A stretch of 64,000 bases of DNA from a virus (IMGVR_UViG_3300044623_001231), one strand, 5' to 3'; shown: positions 18,663-27,643, numbered from the stretch's first letter. The notes: generated from the sequence alone by a model not told the origin. Program-made: numbers and translations.

Positions 18663-19325
18663 TTACTTTTTATAGTTTTCTACAATTGTATGATGGTCTT
18701 TATCTAAAAATCCATCAATAGGTTGTTTATCTAATATTCTAACAATATCACTCATACTAATTGGTGATAAGTTGTTACCATCTACACCAACATCCATAAC
18801 TTTACCTCTACCAACTCTTCGGTTAGGTGGTAAGTGAACGTGTCCATGTAAGTGAGGAACTCCCTTACCTAAACCATCCCAACTTGCTATTGGGTAGTGC
18901 ATACACACAAAATGAGTTCCATCATGTTTACCACTACCATCGGGCCATTTGATACTCAAATCTAAATATTGATGAACTGAACTGAATATCTCAGCGATAC
19001 CATCTCTATTGTTAGCTATGTGGTGGTCGTGGTTACCTAATACTAAGTGAATGTTTTGACAAACAATTCGGTTTCTAAATTCAGCGATTGAATCAAATCC
19101 ACCAAAAGACCAGTCACCTAAGTGAATTAAGATATCATCTTGTCCAACTACTGCATTGATATTATTAACTAATACGGCATTCATTTGGTTCAATGTATCG
19201 AAATCTCTGAAATGGTTTGCACCAGCTCTATCCCATTGTGTTGTTCCTTTACAAATGTTAGCATGGTTATAGTGGGTATCACTTGTGAACCATACTTTTT
19301 GTCCTTTATTTAGTAATATCTTCAT
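18663..19325 (-). CDS. calcineurin-like metallophosphoesterase (2',3'-cyclic phosphodiesterase / 3'-phosphatase candidate)
   Basis: GDWSFGG and LGNHDHH motifs. Confidence 0.65.
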   Translation of the reverse strand: MKILLNKGQKVWFTSDTHYNHANICKGTTQWDRAGANHFRDFDTLNQMNAVLVNNINAVVGQDDILIHLGDWSFGGFDSIAEFRNRIVCQNIHLVLGNHDHHIANNRDGIAEIFSSVHQYLDLSIKWPDGSGKHDGTHFVCMHYPIASWDGLGKGVPHLHGHVHLPPNRRVGRGKVMDVGVDGNNLSPISMSDIVRILDKQPIDGFLDKDHHTIVENYKK

Positions 19326-19327
19326 AA

Positions 19328-19474
19328 CTATCTATCTTTTAATCGTTTGAATACTGCTTTTATGTTTGGTTCTTCTAATTTAAGTTTCAAAGATTGCCAT
19401 TTTGATTCTAAGAAATCATTGTACTCTTTCTCAGTTTTGAAACCCATTCTTTTCCAGTCCATTGTAGTTTTCAT
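19328..19474 (-). CDS. small protein (48 aa)
   Basis: read from the DNA: MKTTMDWKRMGFKTEKEYNDFLESKWQSLKLKLEEPNIKAVFKRLKDR. Confidence 0.35.
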   Translation of the reverse strand: MKTTMDWKRMGFKTEKEYNDFLESKWQSLKLKLEEPNIKAVFKRLKDR

Positions 19475-19553
19475 ATCTCTTAATCTTATACTCAAATGTA
19501 GTAAAAATTATTGACATATACAAGCTTTTTGCCGATTATTTTCAAAAAAGTTA
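19475..19553 (-). promoter_or_regulatory. promoter-leader cassette (leader truncated before the AAACCCCTAAAA block)
   Basis: atctcttaatcttatactcaaatgtag...caagctttttgccgattattttcaaaaaagttactaac. Confidence 0.5.
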
Positions 19554-19970
19554 CTAACTTCTATACCTTAAATCATTTTGCCTGTAAACACTTAATACTG
19601 AACCCTGTCCATGTGTTATTGCGAACTGATAACCATAATAATCATAGATAGTTGATGGGAAATTCTCAGTTAAACTATCTATTGGTTCAATTTCAGTTCC
19701 ATAATTTTGAGCCAATTCCCACATCAAATCCATAATATGTAATGGTTTATCTGAATATGTATTATAATGCCTTTCATCGTACTTACTTTGTTTCTCTAAA
19801 ACATCCAGCATTAAGTAATCAAATGTAGAATCATCACAAACACCATATCTTTGTAATAGTTTATTTGCTCTTTCCAATTGGATTCTATCCTTTAAGGCAA
19901 GTTTAGTAAAATAATCTACCATTGCCTTTTCACCTTCTGGACTTTTCATATATACCAATACGTCTTTCAT
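19554..19970 (-). CDS. hypothetical protein
   Basis: ORF track. Confidence 0.5.
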   Translation of the reverse strand: MKDVLVYMKSPEGEKAMVDYFTKLALKDRIQLERANKLLQRYGVCDDSTFDYLMLDVLEKQSKYDERHYNTYSDKPLHIMDLMWELAQNYGTEIEPIDSLTENFPSTIYDYYGYQFAITHGQGSVLSVYRQNDLRYRS

Positions 19971-19973
19971 AAG

Positions 19974-20588
19974 TTATAATGAATTAGGATAGTAAAGTAA
20001 TGTTGGATTTTTCTTTTGAATATCCGGTATCTCCTTACCACGTTCTTTTATTTGTTTATTAAATTCCATAACATCAAATCGTTTGGTAATCAAATGAACT
20101 CCATTTTTTGTTGGAATCTTTGTGATTATCTTACCACCATCATTTGGCTTAACCATCTCAATGATATTTGAAATCATATTTTGTATATGTTGTGATGTAG
20201 TATCAACATCAACAATCCATCTCTTCTCTTGTGTTTTTATTTGTCCAACAACTGAATCGAATAATCCCTTTTGATTATGGTTACCATTCTGAATACGTTG
20301 TGCCAAATCAACCATCATACTAAGTGATACATCAAAGTGATTTTGTTTCTGAACGTGAATGTAAGCTCTTGCCTTAAACATCTCACACATTTGAACAATC
20401 TCATCCCATCTACGGTCCAAATGGTCAATACTCTCAATACAATAAGTTTTGATTGTCCTTACTGATTGATGATTATCTCTTTCTCCTTCAGGTTGGTCCT
20501 TCTTTCGTTTGAAAACATATAACATATAAAAGTCACCCCGCTTTTCAAAGTTCAATAATGGCTTAATTAATTCTAAATTGTTTATCAT
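19974..20588 (-). CDS. hypothetical protein
   Basis: ORF track. Confidence 0.5.
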   Translation of the reverse strand: MINNLELIKPLLNFEKRGDFYMLYVFKRKKDQPEGERDNHQSVRTIKTYCIESIDHLDRRWDEIVQMCEMFKARAYIHVQKQNHFDVSLSMMVDLAQRIQNGNHNQKGLFDSVVGQIKTQEKRWIVDVDTTSQHIQNMISNIIEMVKPNDGGKIITKIPTKNGVHLITKRFDVMEFNKQIKERGKEIPDIQKKNPTLLYYPNSL

Positions 20589-20592
20589 AACT

Positions 20593-20943
20593 CTAAATTA
20601 AATGTAATAATATATAAGAAAGTTTATATCCAGCAAACGCACCTAATGCAGATGGAATTGGGAATACAATAAGTTGTCCGAAATCGGTAACATATTTAGG
20701 TCGATTTACAATCTTACCCATAAAAAAGTAATAAACTAAATATCCAATGAATACTGCTATATCAGTTCTAGTTGCGATAAATACAACTAACATTGCTCCT
20801 AAGAATCCAAAGATAAAGTTATCTCTAACACCTTCCCATATTTCTTGTGTGGTGCAATCTTTCCATTCCTTAATAATCTTTTTATACTTACTCATATCAA
20901 TTAATTTTAAGTCAAATATACAAAAAAAAATCGATATCTCCAA
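20593..20943 (-). CDS. membrane protein
   Basis: ORF track. Confidence 0.45.
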   Translation of the reverse strand: MEISIFFCIFDLKLIDMSKYKKIIKEWKDCTTQEIWEGVRDNFIFGFLGAMLVVFIATRTDIAVFIGYLVYYFFMGKIVNRPKYVTDFGQLIVFPIPSALGAFAGYKLSYILLHLI

Positions 20944-20981
20944 AGAAATACCGATTTATTTTTAATTAATTTTAACCAGTT

Positions 20982-21368
20982 TTATCCGTTGTGATTATGT
21001 ATATCAGATTCTTTAAAAATAAGGAATAAACCCATTGCTAATAGTATAGCTGATAGGATAATTCTATAAGGTGATTGAATCATAGCTCCATTCACACATT
21101 GTAACGAAAACAAACCAGCGGTATATATAGCTGTACTTTGTGGATACAATGCGTTGATGCGTTTAAATGTATTGGTTAACGAAAACCATAGTACACCCAA
21201 TAACAATATAACTCCAACAAATATTAGTGCCGGTAGATTTAACCCAACCCCAACTGCAATAACCATAACAGTTATTAGGGATAGAAATAAAGCTAACAGG
21301 TTTCTTAGAAAAAAAGTGGTACCACTAATTGTACCATTGAACTGAAAATACTTTTTGATTGCGTTCAT
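20982..21368 (-). CDS. membrane protein (4 TM)
   Basis: ORF track. Confidence 0.5.
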   Translation of the reverse strand: MNAIKKYFQFNGTISGTTFFLRNLLALFLSLITVMVIAVGVGLNLPALIFVGVILLLGVLWFSLTNTFKRINALYPQSTAIYTAGLFSLQCVNGAMIQSPYRIILSAILLAMGLFLIFKESDIHNHNG

Positions 21369-21597
21369 TTATTTGGATAGGAATTTATTAATGAGGTGTG
21401 GGTTTGAATCAGTAATCAAAAGATAACCAGGTTTCAAAGAAGGTTGAATTTCGTTGATGGTGGGCGACAGTTGACTCTAAAATGGTTGAATGTTGTGTAT
21501 CTTTCGTTATCGTAATCGTTCATCCGCTATGTGCCTCATAGTTGGCTTGTAAGATTATATTAAGAAAACTTCATCTCCCCCATTCCCTCAATATCTT

Positions 21598-22026
21598 TTA
21601 GATATTCGTATTTGAATTATGAATATCTAATTCGTTTTGAAGTTTCTCAACGTGCTCTTCGTATTGTTTAATGACTGCATCACGTTCGATTACATTCATT
21701 TCCACCTCTTTTACAGATACAACACTACCATATCTTTCAGTTTGTTTACCCTCAGAAACATCCATCTTTTTTAATTCTTTGATGATTCCTTTGATTTCCG
21801 CCATTTGGAAGATTTTATCATACACCGGAGCGTTTGCTCTATGTAATCTTGCTTTCAATTGAACCAACTCATCGGTTAATTCAGCAATATCCTCTAATTT
21901 TTTCTTCACACTATATCTACGAGGATTCCCCTCTTCAATAGAGTTTTGTGTTTGTAGGATTCTATAACACTCTTTAATTTCTGCCACCAACTTATTTTTG
22001 GCTTTAAGGGCTTGCTTTACGTTCAT
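21598..22026 (-). CDS. hypothetical coiled-coil protein
   Basis: ORF track. Confidence 0.5.
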   Translation of the reverse strand: MNVKQALKAKNKLVAEIKECYRILQTQNSIEEGNPRRYSVKKKLEDIAELTDELVQLKARLHRANAPVYDKIFQMAEIKGIIKELKKMDVSEGKQTERYGSVVSVKEVEMNVIERDAVIKQYEEHVEKLQNELDIHNSNTNI

Positions 22027-22042
22027 TTTTTTATGATTTTAT

Positions 22043-22426
22043 TTATTGGTTTCTATACATTTTTACAAAATCCTCCAAATCGGATTGAACTTTGTTAATC
22101 CTATCGAATGCGGCTTTAACCTCCACACCTGATACAATCTTATCTCTGAATTTATTTTCTAATTCATCAATTGTTCTTTTTAATAATTCGATTTGAGATA
22201 TTGTAAACTTTACTTCATCTGTTGATATCTTATTAACTCTATTAATCTCACCATCTATACGTTGATTAACTAACCTATCTCTGGATGATATTTCCCTATC
22301 CAATTCATCAATTAAATCCTCCAATTGGTTGATTTCTTTTTGTAATTTTCTACCTTTATAAAAGCTAAAACCAAATAGACCTATTGAAAATCCAAAACTC
22401 AGTAAAATTAAATTTGTGTAATCCAT
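22043..22426 (-). CDS. membrane-anchored coiled-coil protein
   Basis: ORF track. Confidence 0.5.
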   Translation of the reverse strand: MDYTNLILLSFGFSIGLFGFSFYKGRKLQKEINQLEDLIDELDREISSRDRLVNQRIDGEINRVNKISTDEVKFTISQIELLKRTIDELENKFRDKIVSGVEVKAAFDRINKVQSDLEDFVKMYRNQ

Positions 22427-22455
22427 GCTATCTTAAATTAAATTATTAATATTTT

Positions 22456-22541
22456 GCGGAAAGAGTAGGATTCGAACCCACGATACCTTTCAGTATGCCG
22501 GTTTTCAAGACCGGTGCAATCGACCAACTCTGCCATCTTTC
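22456..22541 (-). tRNA. tRNA-Ser(TGA), class II
   Basis: hand-folded: anticodon stem CCGGT/ACCGG, loop CTTGAAA, long variable arm, T-loop GGTTCGAATCC. Confidence 0.8.
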
Positions 22542-22548
22542 CTCTTTT

Positions 22549-22620
22549 GTAGTCCCACCGGGAATCGAACCCGACTTTTCAGGATGAAAACCTGATGACC
22601 TAACCGATAGTCGATAGGAC
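22549..22620 (-). tRNA. tRNA-Glu(TTC)
   Basis: anticodon stem TCAGG/CCTGA, loop TTTTCAT; acceptor with 2 GU pairs. Confidence 0.75.
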
Positions 22621-22760
22621 CATATAAATGTGAGCCAAACTTATGTACTTAGTGGGTGTACTCCGTTTATACTACTCTCACATTCAAATCAGTAGTGTGA
22701 TGTTAATGGTTGAAAGATATTTACCTTCCTTTCGGCCTACCATCGTGGCCCATGCGTTTG

Positions 22761-22836
22761 TGGAGCGAATAGCAGGAATCGAACCTGCATCTCCAACTTG
22801 GAAGGATGGAGTAATAAGCCATTATACGATATTCGC
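22761..22836 (-). tRNA. tRNA-Gly(TCC), CCA encoded
   Basis: acceptor GCGAATA/TATTCGC, loop CTTCCAA. Confidence 0.75.
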
Positions 22837-23791
22837 TTATATACGATGAGAATACTCGTTTTAATGAACCAGCTTTATAAGGGTTATTGGTTGCCTTAAT
22901 TTCCACTTCCTTTTGAGAAGTACCAATTCAATGTGGGTAAGTAATGTCCTACCACTCATAAAGTTACAAACTACTCTCTTTGTAGTCCACCTCTTCGAAT
23001 CTGCCGACCCGATTAACACCTCGCGATGCTAGAAGTTTTTCGAAAGAATCACATTTCCCTTGAGAGGATTTGTGGCAGGGAACAGCTCCCTACTATGTAC
23101 ACACCTTTCGTCTGCAACTGGTAACCTCTTTCTCTAGTTTGTTTTTTGATTTTGCGTCAATAGGCAAATTGAGTTTTGGTTTGTAGATAAATTCAAGTAG
23201 TGGATTACCACTAGCTCCGCCCCATTTTGAAGAACGGAATACTATACTACTCGATACGTTATCTCTAACGTCATACTTTAAGATTACTTCAGTACCCACT
23301 CTTTGGTGAGAGGTAGGTAAGGATGATAACAACACCACTTGTACTTCATCATACCTTTCGGTTTTAAGTAACCTTTAATATTGAATCACGCAATGATAAG
23401 GAGAGATTAAGTCCTCACTTCTTGCATTAATTCTATGGGTTATTTTTATTGGTGTTCCCACCTCAACTGAAGTATCTACAATACCCCAGTCATCATTCCA
23501 TTTCGCTACGGAGTTACCCTCACTACATTCAGGAACAATGATATCCCACTTGCCTACTCAAGCTCCATCCGAAGATGAAACCGCAAACCCCTCTAAACCA
23601 AAGAGATTCACTTTATCCTACTTTCGTAGTTTATTTAACGACCATAGGCGGCCGTTATACACTATGTAGAACAAGTCTACTATGTGCAATATTTTCAATA
23701 CTTTCAAAGAACTAATTTTCTTTTTCAAAGATACGAATAATTTTTCAATTATCCTAATCTTTTTTTAATTATTTTTCAATAATTTATTTAG

Positions 23792-23864
23792 TTGCGGGAG
23801 AGGGAATCGAACCCCCGACCTCAAGGTTATGAGCCTTGCGAGCTACCGCTGCTACTATCCCGCT
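23792..23864 (-). tRNA. tRNA-Met(CAT), initiator-like
   Basis: loop CTCATAA; 3' end CCCGCAAC with a 1:72 mismatch and A73, as in bacterial tRNA-fMet. Confidence 0.7.
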
Positions 23865-23966
23865 ATATATGTTTAAGAACTTAATTTTCAACTTCTATGT
23901 ATATAAGTATATACAAATATACCAAAACGTAAAAAAAATCGAAAAATAATTTAATTTTTTTATTGT

Positions 23967-24040
23967 GGACCAGAATGGATTCGAACCATTGACCTACGCA
24001 TTATGAGTGCGGTGCTCTAACCAACTGAGCTACAAGTCCA
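23967..24040 (-). tRNA. tRNA-Met(CAT), elongator-like (or Ile2)
   Basis: GTAGCTCAGTTGGTTAGAGCAC ... CTCATAA; resembles elongator Met. Confidence 0.7.
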
Positions 24041-24174
24041 AAACGAGAGAGGGTTCGGGTCTTTCAAGGTTTCTGATTAAGTGCAATGAGTGACGTCTTT
24101 CTACTATAAACCTTTTTTCGAAAATTAATACACTCTACCTCTTAATTACAGCTTCACTCCCTCTCTATTTTTTA

Positions 24175-24360
24175 CTACTTTGCGTCTGCTTCAGTAGTAA
24201 TTTCTGCTACAGTTGAATCAGTTGCGATTACAGCTGATGAATCCGTTGCTACTGCAGTTGAGTCTGTTGTTGACGTTTCTGTGTTTGATTGTTTGTTTCC
24301 ACAAGATGCCATAACTACCGTTACTGCTACTACTGTTAAAATTGCCATTACTTTTTTCAT
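24175..24360 (-). CDS. small lipoprotein (lipobox VMASC) with an S/T/A/D-rich tail
   Basis: MKKVMAILTVVAVTVVMASC signal; internal start of the tracked ORF. Confidence 0.45.
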   Translation of the reverse strand: MKKVMAILTVVAVTVVMASCGNKQSNTETSTTDSTAVATDSSAVIATDSTVAEITTEADAK

Positions 24361-24418
24361 AACTTTTGTTTTAATTGTTTTAAATTGATAAATAAACATA
24401 GGAACCTACCTATATTTG

Positions 24419-24513
24419 TAATCATAATTGGATTCGAACCAATTCCAGCTTTACAATAAAGAACCTTTCGATTCAACCTTTGTGAGGTGCCGCCAACCAA
24501 TGGCCTTATGATT
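24419..24513 (-). ncRNA. atypical tRNA-like element (95 nt)
   Basis: perfect 7-8-bp acceptor (AATCATA(A)) and perfect T-arm ATTGG-TTCGAAT-CCAAT, but no canonical anticodon arm could be folded. Confidence 0.45.
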
Positions 24514-24581
24514 ATTTAAATGAACTATACAAATATACGAAATGTTTTTCACAATTCCAAATATTTTTTCATTTATTTTTG

Positions 24582-24655
24582 TGGAGGATATCGGAGTCGA
24601 ACCGATGACCCCCTGCGTGCAAGGCAGGTGCTCTAGCCAGCTGAGCTAATCCCCC
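24582..24655 (-). tRNA. tRNA-Ala(TGC)
   Basis: G3:U70 identity pair, loop CTTGCAC. Confidence 0.8.
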
Positions 24656-24752
24656 ATTAATCACATCGTACCGGCATTCTGGTTCTCGCTAACAGAAATT
24701 CCATCTCATTTAACCCAGTCTGTGCGATGTGGGTACCGGAGGATGTGATTTG

Positions 24753-24831
24753 TAGTCAGAGCCGGATTCGAACCGGATAAGCAACCACTTTATTGGATTC
24801 GGGAACCGTCCCTCATTACGCCCATCTGACC
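24753..24831 (-). ncRNA. atypical tRNA-like element (79 nt) with an extra GGGACGGTTCCC hairpin
   Basis: acceptor GGTCAGA/TCTGACT and T-loop TTCGAAT present; D/anticodon region non-canonical. Confidence 0.4.
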
Positions 24832-24906
24832 ATTTTAAACATCCAGTCTGACCTTCCAGACAGTACAAGTCGGTATTAATTTCACGTGCCGTTTTGTAGT
24901 GAATGT

Positions 24907-25149
24907 TTAATATCCTATTTGTTCTTTAATCTCCCATTGCTTTTCAATAGAAATTCTTTCAATTCTCTCTACTGGTACAAACCCATCCAATCCCTTATCT
25001 TTAACATCTTCAAAATGTTCGATAGTATCTAAACGAAATCCGAACTTATATCTGATGTATTGGAACTTTTCACCATCCCAATATGCAGTATGGTTATTTC
25101 TGCAAAATCCATTGTACCAACCTTCTTTCATTTCAATTTTTGGTATCAT
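24907..25149 (-). CDS. hypothetical protein embedded in the tRNA array
   Basis: ORF track, 80 aa. Confidence 0.45.
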   Translation of the reverse strand: MIPKIEMKEGWYNGFCRNNHTAYWDGEKFQYIRYKFGFRLDTIEHFEDVKDKGLDGFVPVERIERISIEKQWEIKEQIGY

Positions 25150-25163
25150 ACTTTTTGTTTTAG

Positions 25164-25237
25164 TGAACCCATCAGGAATCGAACCTGAAACCTACACATT
25201 AGAAGTGTGTTGCTCTATCCAATTGAGCTATGGGTCC
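25164..25237 (-). tRNA. tRNA-Arg(TCT)
   Basis: anticodon stem ACACA/TGTGT, loop CTTCTAA. Confidence 0.8.
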
Positions 25238-25451
25238 AAATTCACACTCTATTTTATCCAACTACAAGTGTGGTGGTTGTCCCCATAGCGGGCCCATTGG
25301 GCCTTTGATTGGGTTAGGAATAAACCAATTAAACTCTTTCGGAGCAGATGGTTAATCTGGATAGAGCCTTTCCCTATCAGAAGTCCCATATGGCCATCAC
25401 ACCACTTCTCATCATATTGGACATACTATCCGTTGTATGTTACGGAACGTG

Positions 25452-25523
25452 CGGTCTCACCGGGAATCGAACCCGGCATACCGCCGTGACAGGGCGGCGT
25501 TATAGCCGATTAACTATGGGACC
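25452..25523 (-). tRNA. tRNA-Asp(GTC)
   Basis: anticodon stem CCGCC/GGCGG, loop CTGTCAC, G73. Confidence 0.8.
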
Positions 25524-25609
25524 AAAAGTGATAGGTGACCCTCCTATCGTGAAATGATATATCATTTCTTTTCTTTATAGAATCCGAAGATACTGTAGGA
25601 ACATTTTTG

Positions 25610-25682
25610 AGCCTCCGGTCGGGCTCGAACCAACCACCTGCTGATTACAAATCAGCTGCTCTACCAAATGAGCTACGGAGGC
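25610..25682 (-). tRNA. tRNA-Thr(TGT)
   Basis: perfect acceptor GCCTCCG, loop TTTGTAA. Confidence 0.8.
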
Positions 25683-25843
25683 AAAATTAGGAAAGCTACC
25701 TGATATCTTTACAGCCGAATTAGGTACGGATTTCTACATTTAGAATGTTCCTCAAATTCAAACCCCTTTTATGTCCGTACTATGTGGAGGATAAAAAACC
25801 ACATTAGTTGATAAAAAATGAATTCTTCACCTCTTTCCTATTG

Positions 25844-25929
25844 TACCGATGGGCGGACTCGAACCGCCACGAGCATTACTACCCAAGGGATTTTAAGTCC
25901 CTCGTGTCTACCATTTCACCACATCGGCA
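25844..25929 (-). tRNA. tRNA-Leu(TAA), class II
   Basis: anticodon stem AGGGA/TCCCT, loop CTTAAAA, long variable arm. Confidence 0.8.
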
Positions 25930-26045
25930 TTTTAGATTTTCAACATGTCAAAGAACAAAACTGTCTCTCTTTTACTATGTAAAGATACAACATAATTTTG
26001 AATTATACAAGCTTTTTTAAAAACTTTTATAATTTTTGTGGAGGT

Positions 26046-26070
26046 GGCGAGAGTCGAACTCGCGTCCAAA
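26046..26070 (-). other. orphan tRNA 3' half (T-arm GCGAG-TTCGACT-CTCGC plus acceptor CACCTCC-A) with no matching 5' half within 100 nt
   Basis: shares the CACCUCCA 3' end with tRNA-Phe; pseudo-tRNA, split tRNA or recombination scar. Confidence 0.4.
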
Positions 26071-26488
26071 TACGGATTTAATAAACATCATTCACAAGCT
26101 TAGTACATTTTTCTTAATGTACAAAATAGATAAAGATTTATACATTCATTATCATTAATGTTTCCAACTCGATTTCGGGTTCAGTTGGGTTCCACCTGAG
26201 TTCACATTCTATTTTAAGTCCCACGATGTGTGCGGGAGGGATTATGCTGCTACAGCGTAATCGGCACCAACGAAAGACATAGCATCTTCGAAGGTCATTG
26301 TAGATAATTCTACTGCGTTTATTGTTCGATAGGTATTTACGGATTTCCATCTAACCCGGCTTGCAACTTACCAATTCATCGTACCTGTCAAAACCAGGCA
26401 CCCCCATAAATCAAAGAACTTATCTTTTTTGATACTTCAAATATACAAAATCTTTTTGGTATTTCCAAATTTAATTTCAATTATTTTG

Positions 26489-26562
26489 TGACCCCGAATG
26501 GATTCGAACCATTGACTCCCTCATTAAAAGTGAGGTGCTCTAACCAACTGAGCTACGAGGTC
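26489..26562 (-). tRNA. tRNA-Lys(TTT)
   Basis: anticodon stem CCTCA/TGAGG, loop CTTTTAA. Confidence 0.8.
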
Positions 26563-26568
26563 ATTCTG

Positions 26569-26638
26569 AGGTTAAGGTTGGAATCGAACCAACTCCGTAG
26601 ATTTTGCAGACCTACCGGCCTCCAAGACCATCCTAACC
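26569..26638 (-). tRNA. tRNA-Cys(GCA)
   Basis: loop CTGCAAA, short D-loop, 70 nt. Confidence 0.7.
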
Positions 26639-26642
26639 ATTC

Positions 26643-27095
26643 CTATCTACAAGTGTAATCTGCTGCCCTTGTTGCGATTTGCATATCAGGTTTAAGATTA
26701 ACTTCATATCCTAATGAGTTTGCCCAACCCTTTGTAGATTGTACTAACTTAGAAGAGTAATGCTTTTCATTTAAGTTGTAATCTAAATCAATCTGAATAG
26801 TTACACCTAAGTTACTCCTTAACCATTCAGCCACTTCAATAGAATATTCAGTTTCTTTCCACAATCTTGTCCACTTATCTAAAATCTTATCTACTTTTAG
26901 TTTGTGATTAATATAGTGTACACCTGTATTACCATACCTATACGCAATTACAATTGAATATGATGTACAATCTGATAAGTTTTGAGAATCACACCCAATA
27001 TGAATATCCGCATGTGGACATTCTTTTAATATATCAATCGTATGTTGTACGATATCTACCACTTCCCCATTTACTTTTCTAAAAACTTTTACCAT
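26643..27095 (-). CDS. hypothetical protein (possible RNase H-like fold) inside the tRNA array
   Basis: 150-aa ORF flanked by tRNA-Cys and tRNA-Phe. Confidence 0.5.
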   Translation of the reverse strand: MVKVFRKVNGEVVDIVQHTIDILKECPHADIHIGCDSQNLSDCTSYSIVIAYRYGNTGVHYINHKLKVDKILDKWTRLWKETEYSIEVAEWLRSNLGVTIQIDLDYNLNEKHYSSKLVQSTKGWANSLGYEVNLKPDMQIATRAADYTCR

Positions 27096-27121
27096 TACTA
27101 TTAATATTAATTATTAAATTG

Positions 27122-27194
27122 TGGAGGTGAGTGGAATCGAACCACTTCCTCTGGATTTTCAGTCCAGCGCTTCTACCAAGTTAGCTTCACCTCC
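27122..27194 (-). tRNA. tRNA-Phe(GAA)
   Basis: perfect acceptor GGAGGTG/CACCTCC, loop CTGAAAA. Confidence 0.85.
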
Positions 27195-27199
27195 TTTTG

Positions 27200-27270
27200 C
27201 ACGGGTAGAAAGATTCGAACTTCCATCTAAGCTTTTGGAGAGCCGTATGCTACCATTGCACCATACCCGT
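27200..27270 (-). tRNA. tRNA-Trp(CCA)
   Basis: loop CTCCAAA, G73. Confidence 0.7.
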
Positions 27271-27276
27271 ATTTTG

Positions 27277-27348
27277 TACACTTAGAGAGATTCGAACTCC
27301 CATTATCCGGTTCGTAGCCGGAGGTTCTATCCGTTGAACTATAAGTGC
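27277..27348 (-). tRNA. tRNA-Arg(ACG)
   Basis: anticodon stem TCCGG/CCGGA, loop CTACGAA. Confidence 0.8.
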
Positions 27349-27352
27349 ATTG

Positions 27353-27434
27353 TACCCAAGGAGAGACTCGAACTCTCAAGCCTTTCGGCCACGGTTTCTA
27401 AGACCGCTGTGTCTACCAATTCCACCACTCGGGC
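27353..27434 (-). tRNA. tRNA-Leu(TAG), class II
   Basis: loop CTTAGAA, variable arm GGCCGAAAGGC. Confidence 0.75.
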
Positions 27435-27441
27435 ATTGTTG

Positions 27442-27515
27442 GGTGATTAATGGGATTCGAACCCATCCTATCAGAATCACAATCTGACGTGCTAACCGCT
27501 AACACTATAAACACC
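27442..27515 (-). tRNA. tRNA-His(GTG) with encoded G-1:C73
   Basis: anticodon stem TCAGA/TCTGA, loop TTGTGAT; extra 5' G pairs with C73. Confidence 0.8.
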
Positions 27516-27572
27516 ATGTTGTGTATAATATATTATCCATTTACCCCATATATCTGAGTTTTATATAATATA

Positions 27573-27643
27573 TTGTACATTGTTGTGTGTATGAGGTTCG
27601 AACTCATTTGGTCATCCTTATGAGAGATAACTCTTTTCCACTA
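27573..27643 (-). tRNA. third CAT-anticodon tRNA (Ile2/Met candidate) with a weak D-arm
   Basis: loop CTCATAA in a GU-rich stem; T-arm ATGAG-TTCGAAC-CTCAT. Confidence 0.45.

Noticed and set aside
23093-23338. 81-aa minus-strand ORF inside the tRNA-array non-coding block
   Set aside because: Low-complexity Ser/Lys-rich translation, no promoter motif, sits in a region that looks like structured RNA. Treated as spurious.
24405-24418. TATATTTG on the plus strand upstream of tRNA 24419
   Set aside because: It is in the wrong orientation for the minus-strand transcription unit, and no plus-strand gene follows. Probably chance.
26138-26350. 70-aa Arg/Cys-rich ORF next to the orphan tRNA half
   Set aside because: Odd composition, no start context; the region is more likely RNA or degenerate sequence.
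22840-26480. Group I intron, RNase P RNA or tmRNA as the identity of the large non-coding blocks
   Set aside because: By eye I could not find the conserved cores: group I P/Q/R/S (such as AGACUA), the RNase P AGGAAAGUCC element, or a tmRNA tRNA-like end with a tag ORF. The identity is left open as a finding rather than a feature.
27573-27600. A plus-strand tRNA suggested by GAGGTTCGAACTC
   Set aside because: The T-loop sequence is palindromic. The minus-strand fold (CAT tRNA) has a matching acceptor, while the plus-strand reading has none.
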